NCBI RefSeq assembly: GCF_006345805.1
Contig: NC_043003.1
Span: forward strand, 23,870,001-23,934,000
Length of the DNA stretch: 64,000 nucleotides
Direction of reading: 5' to 3'
Source of the DNA: Octopus sinensis
Lineage: Eukaryota
The position numbers were made by a program, and so were the translations under genes. The notes beneath the pieces are model-generated. The model was not told the DNA's origin and made no database searches. It saw only the letters and a list, made by a program, of their open reading frames with translations. Below, piece by piece: positions 42,676 through 55,048 of this stretch (within the stretch, counting starts at the first letter, position 1; each line of letters begins with the position of its first letter).

Positions 42676-42981
42676 GCGTGACTTAGTGGTTAGGGCATTC
42701 GGCTCACGATTGTAAGGTCGTTAGTTCGATTCCCAGCGACGCGTTGTGTCCTAGTGCTAGACACATTATTTCACGTTGCCCCAGTCCACTCAGCTGGCAA
42801 AAAATGAGTTGTACCTGTATTTTAAAGGGCCGACTTTGTCACACTCTGTGTAACGCTGAATCTGCCTTATAACTACGTTAGGGGTGCACGTGTCTGTGGA
42901 TTGCACGTTAATTTCACGAGCAGGCTGTTCCGTTGATCGTATCAGCTGGGACCCTCGTCGTCGTAACCGACGGTGTGCTCC
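42676..42981 (+). mobile_element. tRNA-derived SINE family D
   Basis: A box TGACTTAGTGG, B box AGTTCGATTCC, then TTGTGTCC...GACACATTATTTCACGTTGCCCCAGTCCACTCAGCTG. Confidence 0.78.
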
Positions 42982-44769
42982 TTAATTTTTTTATATACCC
43001 GTGTGACGCTCTCTCTCTCTCTCTTACACTCTCTCTCTCTCTCTCTTGCCTTCATTCTTTCCCCTTTTTTCTCTCGCCCTGTCACTTCTATTCTAGCCTT
43101 TCTACATACTCCTTTTCTCTCCCTACCTCTTTTATTCCGAGCCTTTCTTCTTCCCCTTCATCCCTTTCCTGTTTTTTACTCTATCGCTCCCTCTACCTGC
43201 TCTTTTCTCCTCTGCTTGCTGCTGTCATGTGACCAGCGGTCAGTTCCCTTTTTTTTCCCTTTCTTAGACTAGTCCCGTAGCCAAGTAGTCGCAAATTCTC
43301 TGTCTCTCCGTTCTCCATCCTTCAAGACATTTAATTTTCTAAGCGTTATGCACTAATCCTTGGCCTCCAAGGCCGTATTTTGTTCGACTATTTGCCCTGG
43401 TCCACCGTCCTAAATCACACTATGTGTCGTTTGCTTGCTTTGTTCTGTTTTCTTTGCAGTTATCCCTAATTCTACGTAAGAAAATTTCTTGCGTGCACCG
43501 CCAATCGGGAAGCACCCAAGCTTAGCGTTAAAGGCTCGAAACTGAATATTACTATCTGATGAAGAATTACGGAACTTCTGTTTGTTTTCCGTTCGTTTTT
43601 ACATTACGTCGTTTGTTTATACGGGGGGGGGGTACTATAAGATGAAAGAGAGGGTCAAATTCTCCTTTACGAGAGAGAACTGTTTGAGGGTTTGTATCTT
43701 ATCTTTTGTTTGTTCTTCTGGTCAAGAGTTGTCTTTCCTATGAATGTAAGATTTTATTTTCCATATTTCCATAAAATCCACATGTGTGCGTACGTATTTA
43801 TGCTAGTGTATGTGATTTTCTCTGCGTGTGTGTGTGTGAGTCTGTATGTGTGTCTTGTGTGTGTGTGTGTGCATGTGCGTGTGTGTGTGCATGTGCGTGT
43901 TTGTGTGTGTGAGTGAATGAGTGTGTGTGTTTGTGTGGGTGTGCACATGCTTCACATTAATTGATGCTAGGGATCTCAAATCACTTTTGGAGTTAATTAT
44001 CTTCATTTCAAATCAGCGTTTGCTGGATCTTAGAGAAAAAAACTTATAGAAAAATTGCATTAGTGCTACAGCTCTCACTTCGCCATTGGATATTATACGT
44101 TTCTTTTCATCACCAAAACTGACGAATGCTTTGAGAGATGATGTGGGAGATTTTGATGGGGTTCATACATTTATGAAAGCATTAGCAGTATATGTGAATT
44201 AAAATTACTTTAAATGAAATTAAGCCATTGTCAAAATTTATTATGAAAATTAAAATCACCTCGATATAGGCCAACAAGGGAGCTGATATGAAGGTACTTC
44301 AAAATACAACTTATTAAGAGAAGAGAAAAGAATAGTTCACGTTCGAGTGTCAATTCGTATTTGACAGAAATAATTTTTGACGCAGTGATGTAAGATTAGG
44401 ATTCCACTGCGATGTGACGTCTGGGTAGCGCTATGCTCTGACGTCACGAGTACTACCAACGCAATTAGTTTTGAGTGAAAGCCTCTTATTAACTCATCAT
44501 AATTTCACAAGCTCACGCAAAAGCATTAGATTAATTAATTAACTTGAATTATCATCTATATACGCGACGTTTATTGATCCGCTACAGGTGGTTTATGGCA
44601 GTCTTCAAAACTTCTATTTGAATTTATGAAAGTTTCATGTCGTACCCACGTATTACAAAACATTTCATACATGTTCAAATCAGTCCTAGCTCTAGCGATA
44701 GATAAACTAAAGGAAACATTGTTTCGGAAAAGCTCGTATTAAAATGAACATATATATATATATTTAGAT

Positions 44770-45438
44770 TATATATATTATTATCATTATTATATATTTA
44801 TCACTGTATAAAAATAACTTTCGCATTCGCCTTTCCTCTGTAACTTATCAAGTTTCCGAGTTTGTTTACAAAATATTATATGTAATTCTCGACAGTTATA
44901 TTATCTGTGCATCGATTTAACTGAAAATTATGGGTAAGTATTCAGGCTCAATTGCAAGGAACCATATTAGCGTTGATTTGTGGGTTCGATTCCAGCCGGG
45001 AATTAGCTCATCCTTTTTCAGTAAGTTATTTAGTTAAATGTTGCTTTAATCGGAGTATATATATATTATTATTATTATGATGATATATCATTGTATAGTT
45101 ATTGTATAAAAGTGACCTTCGCAGTCGCTTTTCTTCTGTAACTTATCAAGTTTCCGAGTTTGTTTACAAAATATTATATGTAATTCCCGACAGTTATATT
45201 ATCTGTGCATCGATTTAACTGAAAATTTATGGGTAAGTATTCAGGCTCAATTGCAAGGAACCATATTAGCGTTGATTTGTGGGTTGGATTCCAGCCAGGA
45301 ATTAGCTCATCCTTTTTCAGTAAGTTATTTAGTTAAATGTTGCTTTAATCGGAGTATATATATATATATTATTATTATTATGATATATTATTGTATAGTT
45401 ATTGTATAAAAATGACTTTCGTAGTCGCTTTTCCTCCG
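44770..45438. repeat. Recent ~298-bp tandem duplication (~2.2 copies)
   Basis: CTGTAACTTATCAAG at 44838 and 45136; near-identical units joined at AT-rich or (TA)n spacers. Confidence 0.92.
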
Positions 45439-46047
45439 TATATAAATATATATATGTATGTATATGAACATATCTATGTATATGAATATATCTATTATGC
45501 TTACGTATTCATTTTGAAAGATTTCTGATGCAAAATCGTGTGTAGAAACATATATTGTTATATGACGGAATGAAGACCCGAGGAATGGAGAGTTGCTGAA
45601 GGGGACACAGGCTGTGAGACGAAGAGTGCAAAACATTACATCCCGAAATATATATATATATGCATATATATACCACTCCCATTTACACATTTGCACTACG
45701 ACACCCTTAATATATGTATATCATTGAAAAGTCTGTCTGTATTGGTGTCTAGGAAGTAGACCTTATTGAGGGGCAGACGAGAACGACTGATGCGCATTTC
45801 GCCTTTGCAGTCTGACATGAAATCGGATCGTCCTACATTTCCACATATGCAGCAAGTTTCAAAATTTGACATGACTATTAAAGCACTATTCAGTCGTATG
45901 GTATAAGAAACAGAAGATACATTGATAAATATTTTGTTTCTATATTTTACTTCAATCTTACTTTACTTTGTCCGTAAATTATACATTCAGAACCATTATG
46001 TCCTAAGTATTATTCCATGCATTCATTTAACACCATATATATATACA

Positions 46048-46118
46048 TCTACTACATATGTGAGAAATTCTGTCTGTAGGTGTGTTTGTGGAGTTGTTAG
46101 CTACCTCCTCCTACACCC
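46048..46118 (+). mobile_element. Helitron-like 5' end fragment
   Basis: A|TCTACTACATATGTG...GTTGTTAGCTACCTCCTCC resembles the reverse complement of 2066-2137. Confidence 0.5.
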
Positions 46119-46870
46119 TCCTCTCTGTGTGTTTTCGTTTGTGTGTGTGTGTATGTGTGTGTGTTTGTGTGTGTATCACCGTCTGATAATGGTAAGTACT
46201 CAACAATATATAAGTGTTGTGTATCGACAAAAGAGCTGAAACGTCAGACAAAATAAAGTATTATACATGTACTCCCTCCGGTTTATTCAAATATCCATTG
46301 CCCAGCCAAATCTTTAGCTTTTTTAGCAATGTAAGAAATCAATAATAGAGAAAATAAAATATTTTCATCTAAAGAATACGCTTGCCCTTGCCAGCAATTA
46401 TTTTTGTTATTGAATAAAAATAAAAGGTGATAAATTCATTCTCATACAGTAATATATTTAATAACATTTGAACGTCAGTTTTGAGACGACTGCATTAAAT
46501 ATGAGTGCAAGACACTTTATTTCGACTACTAACTGGATAATAACAACACACCTGCATAATAAGACAGACAAGTCGTTTATAATTCGTCTATAATTTACTC
46601 CACTTACAAAGAACCAATATATTTCACTGTTCCTCGTTGTTATAAATTGTTCATCTATATTTATTCCGGCAAGAGACATCGCTATGGTTTTCAAATAAAT
46701 CTACATATAACTACATTCTGTATATACGAGTGTGTGCTTGTGTATTTATATGTGCGTGTGTGTCTTTGTGTATTTGTGTGTATAATATTTATTACATATA
46801 TGTATACATGTGAATTTATATATATTTATAGATTTACATACTTCTTATATATCTAATATATCTAATATAT

Positions 46871-46911
<41 letters not shown>

Positions 46912-46912
<1 letters not shown>

Positions 46913-47192
46913 CCTCGAGTCCGTTGGTCATAAATAACCATGGGTGCCTCTAAGGGGTTCTCCTCCGAGGTACAACCTAGAGTTGTTTAATGGAAGACCA
47001 GTATTCGCCCATACATGCCAGTCAAGGTAAAGTTAAATGCCGATACAGCTTGGCACCTGTGACGTCGCTGAGTGAACTGGAGTAGTACATGAAATAAAGT
47101 GTCTGCTCAAGAACTCAACACGCAGCCCGGTCCGTTAATCGAACTTACAATCTCACGAGCGTAAGCTCGACAACTGAGCTATGCTGCTTCAC
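46912..47192 (-). mobile_element. Diverged tRNA-derived SINE (family E)
   Basis: Minus strand GAAGCAGCATAGCTCAGTTG...AGTTCGATT head, GTGTTGAGTTCTTGAGCAGACACTTTATTTCA core, ...CCATGGTTATTTATGACCAACGGACTCGAGG tail. Confidence 0.55.
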
Positions 47193-48730
47193 ACACACAC
47201 ACACACACACACACATATTGTTTTATATGCAGAAATTTGTTGTGTTTTGAAGCTGTTCGAAACTTAAGATTTTAGGTTGTGTCACACAGTGCGATAAATA
47301 GAAGAAATGTTTTATACTATAGCCCTGAGGAAATTTGTCAAATGGTAAATTCATTATTGTTCTCAATAGTTGCATTCTAGAATTTCTGGCCTCGACCAAT
47401 GATGCTTCTTACTACTTTGCTATTTTCTAAAATGTTTTAAATTATAATTCTCTTTACATCTAGGATATATTATAGCTGCGTGTTACATAGAGAAAAGTGA
47501 TTAGCCGGGCATGTAATTACTGTGTGATTATGCAGTGTGATTTCAAAAGTAGGGGAGAAATAACCATGTTTAAAAAAATCTTTTAATTATTTCAGTTGGT
47601 ACACTCTGGCAATTATCTTTTTAACGTAAGTAATGTTAATATTACATTGCTATTAGATATATTCTTTCTCTTCACTTCCATAATGTATGTAACAATATTT
47701 GATTATGTTCCTGCATGTTAAATACAAACAAACAATACACCACACTTGTTTTGTTTTCTTCAAAAGGGAAACAATGATCTCCATGACATGGATGTGCTTT
47801 TCAATACACATAAACGTAATAGATTTACGATGATATTGTGTTTAATAACAAACAATAGCCGTATCAAAAATGCATCGAAGTATGTGTGTGGTGTGTGTGT
47901 GTCTCTCTCTCTCTCTCTCTCGCTCTCTGTTCTCTCTATCTCTCTCTCTCTCTGTATATATTTATTGACTGTATTTAGGCAGTAGCTTTTCGTTGTTTTC
48001 TAAATGCAACTTCTTTGACGTAATTTCGTTTCATTTTGTAGCTATATATATATATCGGATCCGACAGGGAGAGTCGTGTATCGTCTTTGCTCTGTTTAAA
48101 AAAGCAGAAAGTGTGCATAAATCGGTGAAATAATCTACTGAAAGTCACAAATTCAACTCATAAAGCCCACTACAACACTTCGGCTACAAATATATTAATC
48201 AAAAACGTAATATATTTTGCCTGAAGCCAAACACAGTAATAATTTTTTCTTTTCACCGAAAACGCACATGGTGGAAAAAAATCCACTGTAGAAGGAAAAA
48301 GAAACATCTCCTGGAAAATAACCACGAAAAAAAACCACGAAAAATCCAGACAACATCGTTGGATTAAGTATCACTTTCATCTCTATTTCATATTTTGTTT
48401 ATTATCCTATTTTATATAACTTAAGCCCACATCCCGTTAAAGTTTACGATCGCATTTTTTGTTTGTTTACATTTCAATAACTGTCTCGAACTTGGCTTCA
48501 AAATTAAATAACCCTTTCTTCACATTTAAAAATATATATATTTTAATATATTTCACTCATTTTCTTTCTTTTTTTTCACCTTCCTTCTCTCCCCGTCGGT
48601 GTATATGTGTATGTGTGTGCACGTGTATGTATGTGGTGTGCGTGTATGTATATATGTATGCGTATATATGCATGGACGTGAACTTTCACGAACTTTATAT
48701 AGATAAATAATCTTTCCCCTTTGTTACCTC

Positions 48731-49385
48731 TTTCAGATACTCCATCTTCTAATTAGCCTTAAGATTAAATAACGTTTAATACTGTTTATTGTTAATAATT
48801 TTTCAGATACTCTATCTTCTAATTAGCCTTAAGAATAAACAACGTTATTACCCACACTTTAACATCTAATTTTTTACCCACACTCTAATATCTTTCTAAT
48901 TAGCCTTTTTACCCACATTTAAAATTTGTTAATATATTTTCAGATACTCTATCCTCTGATTAGCCTTAAGATTAAATAACGTTTTTACCCACACTTAAAT
49001 TTTTCACCCACACTTTAATATATTTTTGAATACTCTACCTTCTAATTAGCCTCAAGATTAAATAACGATTATTACCCACACTTAATTATAATTGTAATAT
49101 TGTTAACATACATTTTTCAGATACTCTATCCTCTAATTAGCCTTAAGATTAAATAACGTTTTTACCCACACTTTAATATATTTTTGAATACTCTACCTTC
49201 TAATTAGCCCCAAGATTAAATAACGATTATTACCCACACTTTAATATAATTGTAATATTGTTAACATATTTTCAGATACTCTATCTCCTAATTAGCCTAA
49301 GATTAAATAACGTTTTTACCCACAAACTTTAATATTGTTAATATTAATAATACTCTATCCTATAATTAGCCTTAATATTAAATAT
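48731..49385 (+). repeat. Tandem array of ~9 units (about 60-90 bp spacing) immediately 5' of LINE ORF1
   Basis: Core ATACTCTATCCTCTAATTAGCCTTAAGATTAAATAACG...TTACCCACAC; units start at about 48734, 48804, 48881 (partial), 48941, 49028, 49118, 49186, 49273 and 49349. Confidence 0.93.
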
Positions 49386-49443
49386 CTTCTTGTCTTCTCT
49401 CGAACATAGTTAAATAGATAAACAAATAGACACATCATCCAGC

Positions 49444-50411
49444 ATGTCCAGAGCATGGAGACCTGACGAGCTGGATTTATTCGTACAAGCATGGGAGTGC
49501 GCCGGCGGAGATAGCTCTAGCGAGGTGATTGCGGCTGCGCTGAAAAGCAGAGGCTACAAGAGGACAGCGGCTCAGATGGAGCGAAAGAGACGGGAATTCG
49601 TGCGCTCATATGCGCTTGTACGGTCGCACATTGGCGCATTTGATGCCATCTTTGAGAACGAGCGGGGCAAAGATGACAAGAATGGAGACGATGAAAGAAG
49701 TCACCCCCACCTGGTGGATGCCCGGGAGGAGGTTTTGAATGAGAAACCTGCCCGGGAAGTGAACCCAGGTGCAAGTTCTCCAACCGGCACGGCAGCAAAG
49801 GCCATGGAGACGGAGAACCCGGTGAAGAGGTAGAGAGGGAGGAGGAAGAACTAAAAGAAGGGCTGGTAGAGCTAAAGGAAAAGCTCAAGCAGGACCAAAG
49901 GGTGTGAAAAAACCAGGAATAGAAGTGGAACCGAAAAAGATGGAAACGGACAGCGCACACGGGTGTGTAGGTTCTACCTGAGAGGTTCCTGCTGGCATGG
50001 AAAGGAAGGTGCAGGCTGCCGCTTTGCACATCGGGGACCCTGCCACAGAGACACGAGGCAGATGGACAAACCATCAACACAAGGAAAAGGATGGACCACG
50101 CACCACTTGCCCCAAAGCGGAGGTACGCAGATGTTGTGCGTGCCACAAACCACCAACATGATGTTGTCGAAAGGGCAGCTGCTGAGCAACAATCTTTTTT
50201 GTGCATGGCACAAAAGATTGTACAGCAGCTGACCTGGCTTCATCAAACCCAAGCCCGCAGGTGGGACTACCCACTATACACCAGACCACCACCACAGCAA
50301 CAGACCCAGGATGGACACCACCGGCAACAACGTACACCTCACCTCGATGCTCCTACTGAACATCAGAGGACTGCAAACAACTCAGTAACAGGACAAAAAT
50401 CCCGTTCCTGA
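49444..50411 (+). pseudogene. LINE ORF1 (frame-disrupted): trihelix/Myb-SANT-like domain, acidic coiled coil, CCCH zinc finger
   Basis: MSRAWRPDELDLFVQAWE...EVIAAALKSRGYKRTAAQMERKRREFVRSY; shifted frame EEVEREEEELKEGLVELKEKLKQ; CRFYLRGSCWHGKEGAGCRFAH (C-x7-C-x8-C-x3-H); YADVV motif. Confidence 0.75.
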
Positions 50412-53292
50412 GAGATTTTGTTGCATGCAATCAAGCCTTATGCATAGCACTAACGGCAACGCACCTGAAACCGGATATAGCAGATGCGGAGTTACACATA
50501 CCACAGTATGCTGTACTACGGACCGACAGGAGAAAGGAGTCATGGAGGTTGTTGCTATGTACATCCGTGAGGACCTCACACCCCAGGTCCTCTTGTCATA
50601 CTCAAACTCGGTGTGTGACACACTAATTGTACATATTAGGCAACTTGATGTAGTTGTGTGTGCTACATATCGCCCTCCAGATGCCCCAAGCCATGTGGGC
50701 AAGTTTGAAGACTGCCTTATAAAAATAGAATAAGTTCTAACCACATTAGAACAACACATAAGTGTACTTCTTATGGGAAACTTCAATCTGCCAAATGCCA
50801 GATGACCCGAGGGCCTTTCTCTCCCAAGAATGACAAGATGTGAACGAGGACAGGCGAGGTCCCTCCTGAACCTCATCAACACCCTGTACATGGAGCAGGT
50901 AATACTCCAACCAACCAGGGCAGGTAACACACTGGATCTCTGCTTCACAAATGATATGGATCTCATCCATAATGTGAAAGTGACACCGACACTACTCTCG
51001 GATCACAACATGATAGAGCTGACCATGTACGGGCCAAAAGAGAGCACAGACATGCAGCCTACAAGAAACCCAGAATCTTTCCAGCTTGAACTACCATAAG
51101 GCAAACTGGAAACAATTGAGAAAGAGATCCTCAAACAAAACTGGCCTAAATGTCTCTCCTCGCCAGACATCGACGTGAAACTTCAACAATTCATGTCTGT
51201 AATGCAAGCCATATGCTACAAATATGTCCCAGAGAGAAAGGCCACTGTACACAAGAACCAAAATCCCCAGAGAGAGGAAAATTCTAATGAGACGGCGTAC
51301 AAAATTTTCAAATCGCCTAAACAAACAGATTGAAAGCAGTGAAAAGTCCCGCCTAAAAATAAAACTGTGGAAATCGAAAAATGTCTGAAACTCTCCCATG
51401 AAAAGGAAAGAGCAGACAAAGAAGCCTGGGCTATAGACAACATAAAATCTAACCCCAGAGCTTTCTACAGTTATGCCAAAGAAACAGCTACGGTGCACTG
51501 TAGAATAGGGCCACTCCTCGACAAGGATGGCACACTTACAGGAAAACCAATGAGGTTAAGTGAAATACTGAATGAGCAATTCAAGAGTGTTTTCACTCCA
51601 CCCCTTGGGCATCTCCAAATCACCAATCCAACTGACTTTTTTACTACTGCAGATATAAAATCAGAGGCGGCGACGATAGATTACATCGATATAAAGGAAG
51701 ACGATGTAATCAAGGCTATAGATGAAATGAAAACAGACTCAGCTATTGGCCCGATGGATTCCCGGCAATCCTCCTAAAAGCATGTAAGAGAGTCCTAGCA
51801 AGACCACTGCAGTTCCTCTTTCAGAGCTTCCTTGCAGCTGGCAAACTTCCAGAAAACTGAAGGAAGGTAAAATATGCCCCATTCATAAAGGAGGTAGCAG
51901 AGCGGAAGCCAAGAACATATAGACCTATCTCTCTGACCTCACACATCAGCAAGGTCATGGAACAATAGTCAGAAGGAAGCTGATCACCTTCCTTGAAGAA
52001 AATGACTTGCTGCCCGACACCCAACATGGTTTCCGACGAGGGAGAGGCTGTTTAACTCAGCTCCTACAACACTATGACTGGGTGCTGAAACGGCTGCTCA
52101 ACCACTCAAATGTGGAAGTGATATATCTCGACTTTGCAAAGGCCTTTGATAAAGTCGATCATGGAATGATATGTCACAAACTGCGTGATCTCAACATAGT
52201 TGGAAAACTGGGAGAATGGCTTCATGACTTTCTGAAAGATAGAAGTCAGGTGGTAGTGGCCAATGGGGCCACTTCCATTAACACGCAAATAGTGAGCGGT
52301 GTTCCGCAGGGCACTGTCTGGGACCACTACTGTTCAAATGGCCCTCTCAGACATGCCCTCAGCCACGCAGAGAGCCACGATCACAAGTTATGCAGATGAT
52401 ACAAAAGTTTCACAAGCAATACAGAACCCTGAGGACACTAAACACCTGCAATGTGAGCTAGACAAAATATATAAGTGGGCCGAAAAGAATAGCATGCAGT
52501 TCAATGCTGAAAAGTTTCAAGCTCTATACTATCAGCATGCAAAACTAAATGCAATACCCAATGAATACACTGGACCCGGAGGAATAGCAATCCAGAGGCA
52601 CAATCAGTGCGTGACCTAGGTATTTACATGAGTGATGACGCGACCTTTCGTGTACATGTTGCTAATTGGCAATGAAATGTAGACGACTGGCCGGATGGAT
52701 CCTCAGAACCTTTAGGACAAGAGAACAAGAAACATGATGGTCCTCTGGAGGACACTTGTCCTAAGCCACTTTGAATACTGCTCTCAGTTATGGTCACCAT
52801 CCAGTGTCAAGTTGATCACAGAGCTCGAAGCGATCCAACGTAGCTACACGAAGAAGATAGCCTCTATGCAGAATGTAAGCTACTGGGAAAGACTCAGGAA
52901 ATTAAAATTATATTCCCTGGAGCGTAGGCGGGAAAGATATGCCATAGTATATTCTGGAAGATCCTGGAGGGAAGTGTCCTTACTTTGGCATCGAGAGTTA
53001 CGCAAATGCCAGAACTGGGCGCCACTGCGTGGTGCCTAGGACTCCAAACTTGCCATCAAGATGTAGGACAAGATTCTGTGATAGCCTGGGCTTCCGAGGC
53101 CCACAGCTCTTCAATATCTCCCGAAGAACCTGAGAGACCTGCATGGGGTGGATACAGATGTCTTTAAAATGAAGCGGATCTCTTCCTGTCAGGTGTCCCA
53201 GATGAACCAACTTCACGGCAGGAGGGGAGATGATGGCAGCTGCATCGAACTCTCTCATGCACCAAATAGCAGTTGCTAGAAAGCCTTCATGA
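50311..53292 (+). pseudogene. LINE ORF2 (frame-disrupted): apurinic endonuclease plus reverse transcriptase
   Basis: APE: LLLNIRGL, HLKPDIADAELHIPQY, YRPPD, LLMGNFNLP, PTRAGNTLDLCFTN, LSDHNMI. RT: YRPISLTS, QHGFRRGRGCLTQLL, YLDFAKAFDKVDH, SGVPQG, YADDTK. C-terminus: EYCSQLWSP, YWERLRKLKLYSLERRR. Confidence 0.95.
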
Positions 53293-53476
53293 AGTGAAAC
53301 CAAGTAGCAAACACCAAATGGCGGTGCCCCAGCATGGCCACAGCTCATAAGCTGAAACTGGAAAAATCAAAATCAAAATCAAATCAAATCAAAATCAAAT
53401 CATGTTTTACGGTTTCCACATTTGAGGTTCGATCTTTCTTCATGATGCATACAACGCCGCCGATCTTTCCACATGT

Positions 53477-53625
53477 AGGCGCAGGGGTGGCTGTGTGATA
53501 AGAAGCTTGCTTCCGAACCACATGTTTCCGCGTGGCAACTTGGGCAAGTATTTTCTGCTATACCCTAGGTCCGATCAATGTCTTGAGGGTGGATTTCGTA
53601 GGACAAAACTGAAACAAGCCCACCA
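53477..53625 (+). mobile_element. SINE family A, 5' portion
   Basis: AGGCGCAGGGGTGGCTGTGTGATAAGAAGCTTGC...TTGGGCAAGTATTTTCTGCTATA...AAACTGAAACAAGCCC. Confidence 0.75.
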
Positions 53626-54312
53626 TATATATATATATAAACATGTGTGTGTGTGTTTTTATGTGTGCGCGTATGTGTGTATGTGTGTGTGTGTGTGTGT
53701 ATGTGTATGAATAAATGAAATAATAATGAAATACTTTATTTGCAAGATGTAACTATGTATAATTATCGCCGAGGAGAGAAAACATAACTTAACATTCGTT
53801 TTATTTTTATTTCATTATTATTTATCATTATTATTTCATTTTTATTTTGCATTTGTTTATTCGCAACTCTTTATTCGTTATTCGTAACTTTTATTCGTAA
53901 TTTTTACTCCAACTTTTTTCTCTTTAATTTCTTTCCTTAAATGTTTATTCCTTGAATTTTTATTCCTTAAATTTTTACTCCTTAAATTTTTAATTTTCAG
54001 TTATCATTTTTATTCATTATTTGTATTTCTATTTCTATGTATATGTTGAGAAGATTATACTGAAGATATAGACTATCATGGAGGTATATAAGAGGTAGAG
54101 GTAGCGAAAAATGGTGAGGAATCCAGACCTGAAGATTGGGAGTGTGTCGACCCGATTAAGAACTGAAACTAGATATCTCGTATCATATCAATACTGACGT
54201 ACTTTCATGAAACACGTGTAGTCTATAAACGGAAAATACGGAATTCAGAATAATATAGTTAGTATGAGATTTGATATTTAACATTTTATGGAGTGTCGGG
54301 TATAATATCTGT

Positions 54313-54370
<58 letters not shown>

Positions 54371-55000
54371 TATATATATATATACATACATACATACATA
54401 TATACATACATACATACATGTACCTCAATATTTGTAAATGCATACGTGCATATGTATGTTTACTAAGATAGATAAAGATATACATACATATATGTATATA
54501 TAGACACACATGTATACATACATTCATACATACATACATTGAAGCCAAAAAGCTTCGACCCATTAACCAATATGCCATACCATCAAGGTACAAAACAACT
54601 CTACATAGCATCCCTAACAGCGATGTTGAAAGCAACACAGTGGAATATCTATTTGCACATCAACCCGTCTTTTAACATAATTGAATGTAGGTAGTTTATA
54701 GTATATGGCGATTTGGACACGGCTGGAATTTTTATAACGAAATGTGTTCGCGTAGAAATATAACAGATCGGTTTAGACTCATCAACCTTATATCTTTCTC
54801 TCTTTCTCTGCCACCTTCTCTCCGCCTGTCTCCCTCTCCTCCAAATTCTCAGTAATGAAAATATTCTACTACTCTTTAGAGGCCACTCAACATTATTATT
54901 AATATTTTTTTCAACCAACAATTTACTGTTCTGTTAGATACAGGAAATCTCACATTTGTTCAGAAAAAGATAATAAAACATATGCGCTCGTTAAATATAT

Positions 55001-55048
<48 letters not shown>

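Larger units (their letters stand above)
48731..53401 (+). mobile_element. Near full-length CR1/L2-group non-LTR retrotransposon
   Basis: 5' array, ORF1, APE-RT ORF2, 3' stem-loop and (AAATC/AAAATC)n terminus. Inclusion of the array in the element is inferred. Confidence 0.85.

Noticed and set aside
46180-46250. Further hammerhead-like remnants (also about 38960, 43555 and 54125)
   Set aside because: Core or stems are too degenerate to support a call; they may be older pLTR relics.
48731-49385. Repeat array next to a reverse transcriptase read as a CRISPR array, retron or DGR
   Set aside because: Inter-repeat segments are related to each other rather than unique spacers, there are no cas genes, and the RT is a eukaryotic APE-type LINE ORF2.
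48700-53420. Target-site duplication around the LINE
   Set aside because: No matching direct repeat seen at the two flanks, so the exact 5' boundary is unconfirmed.
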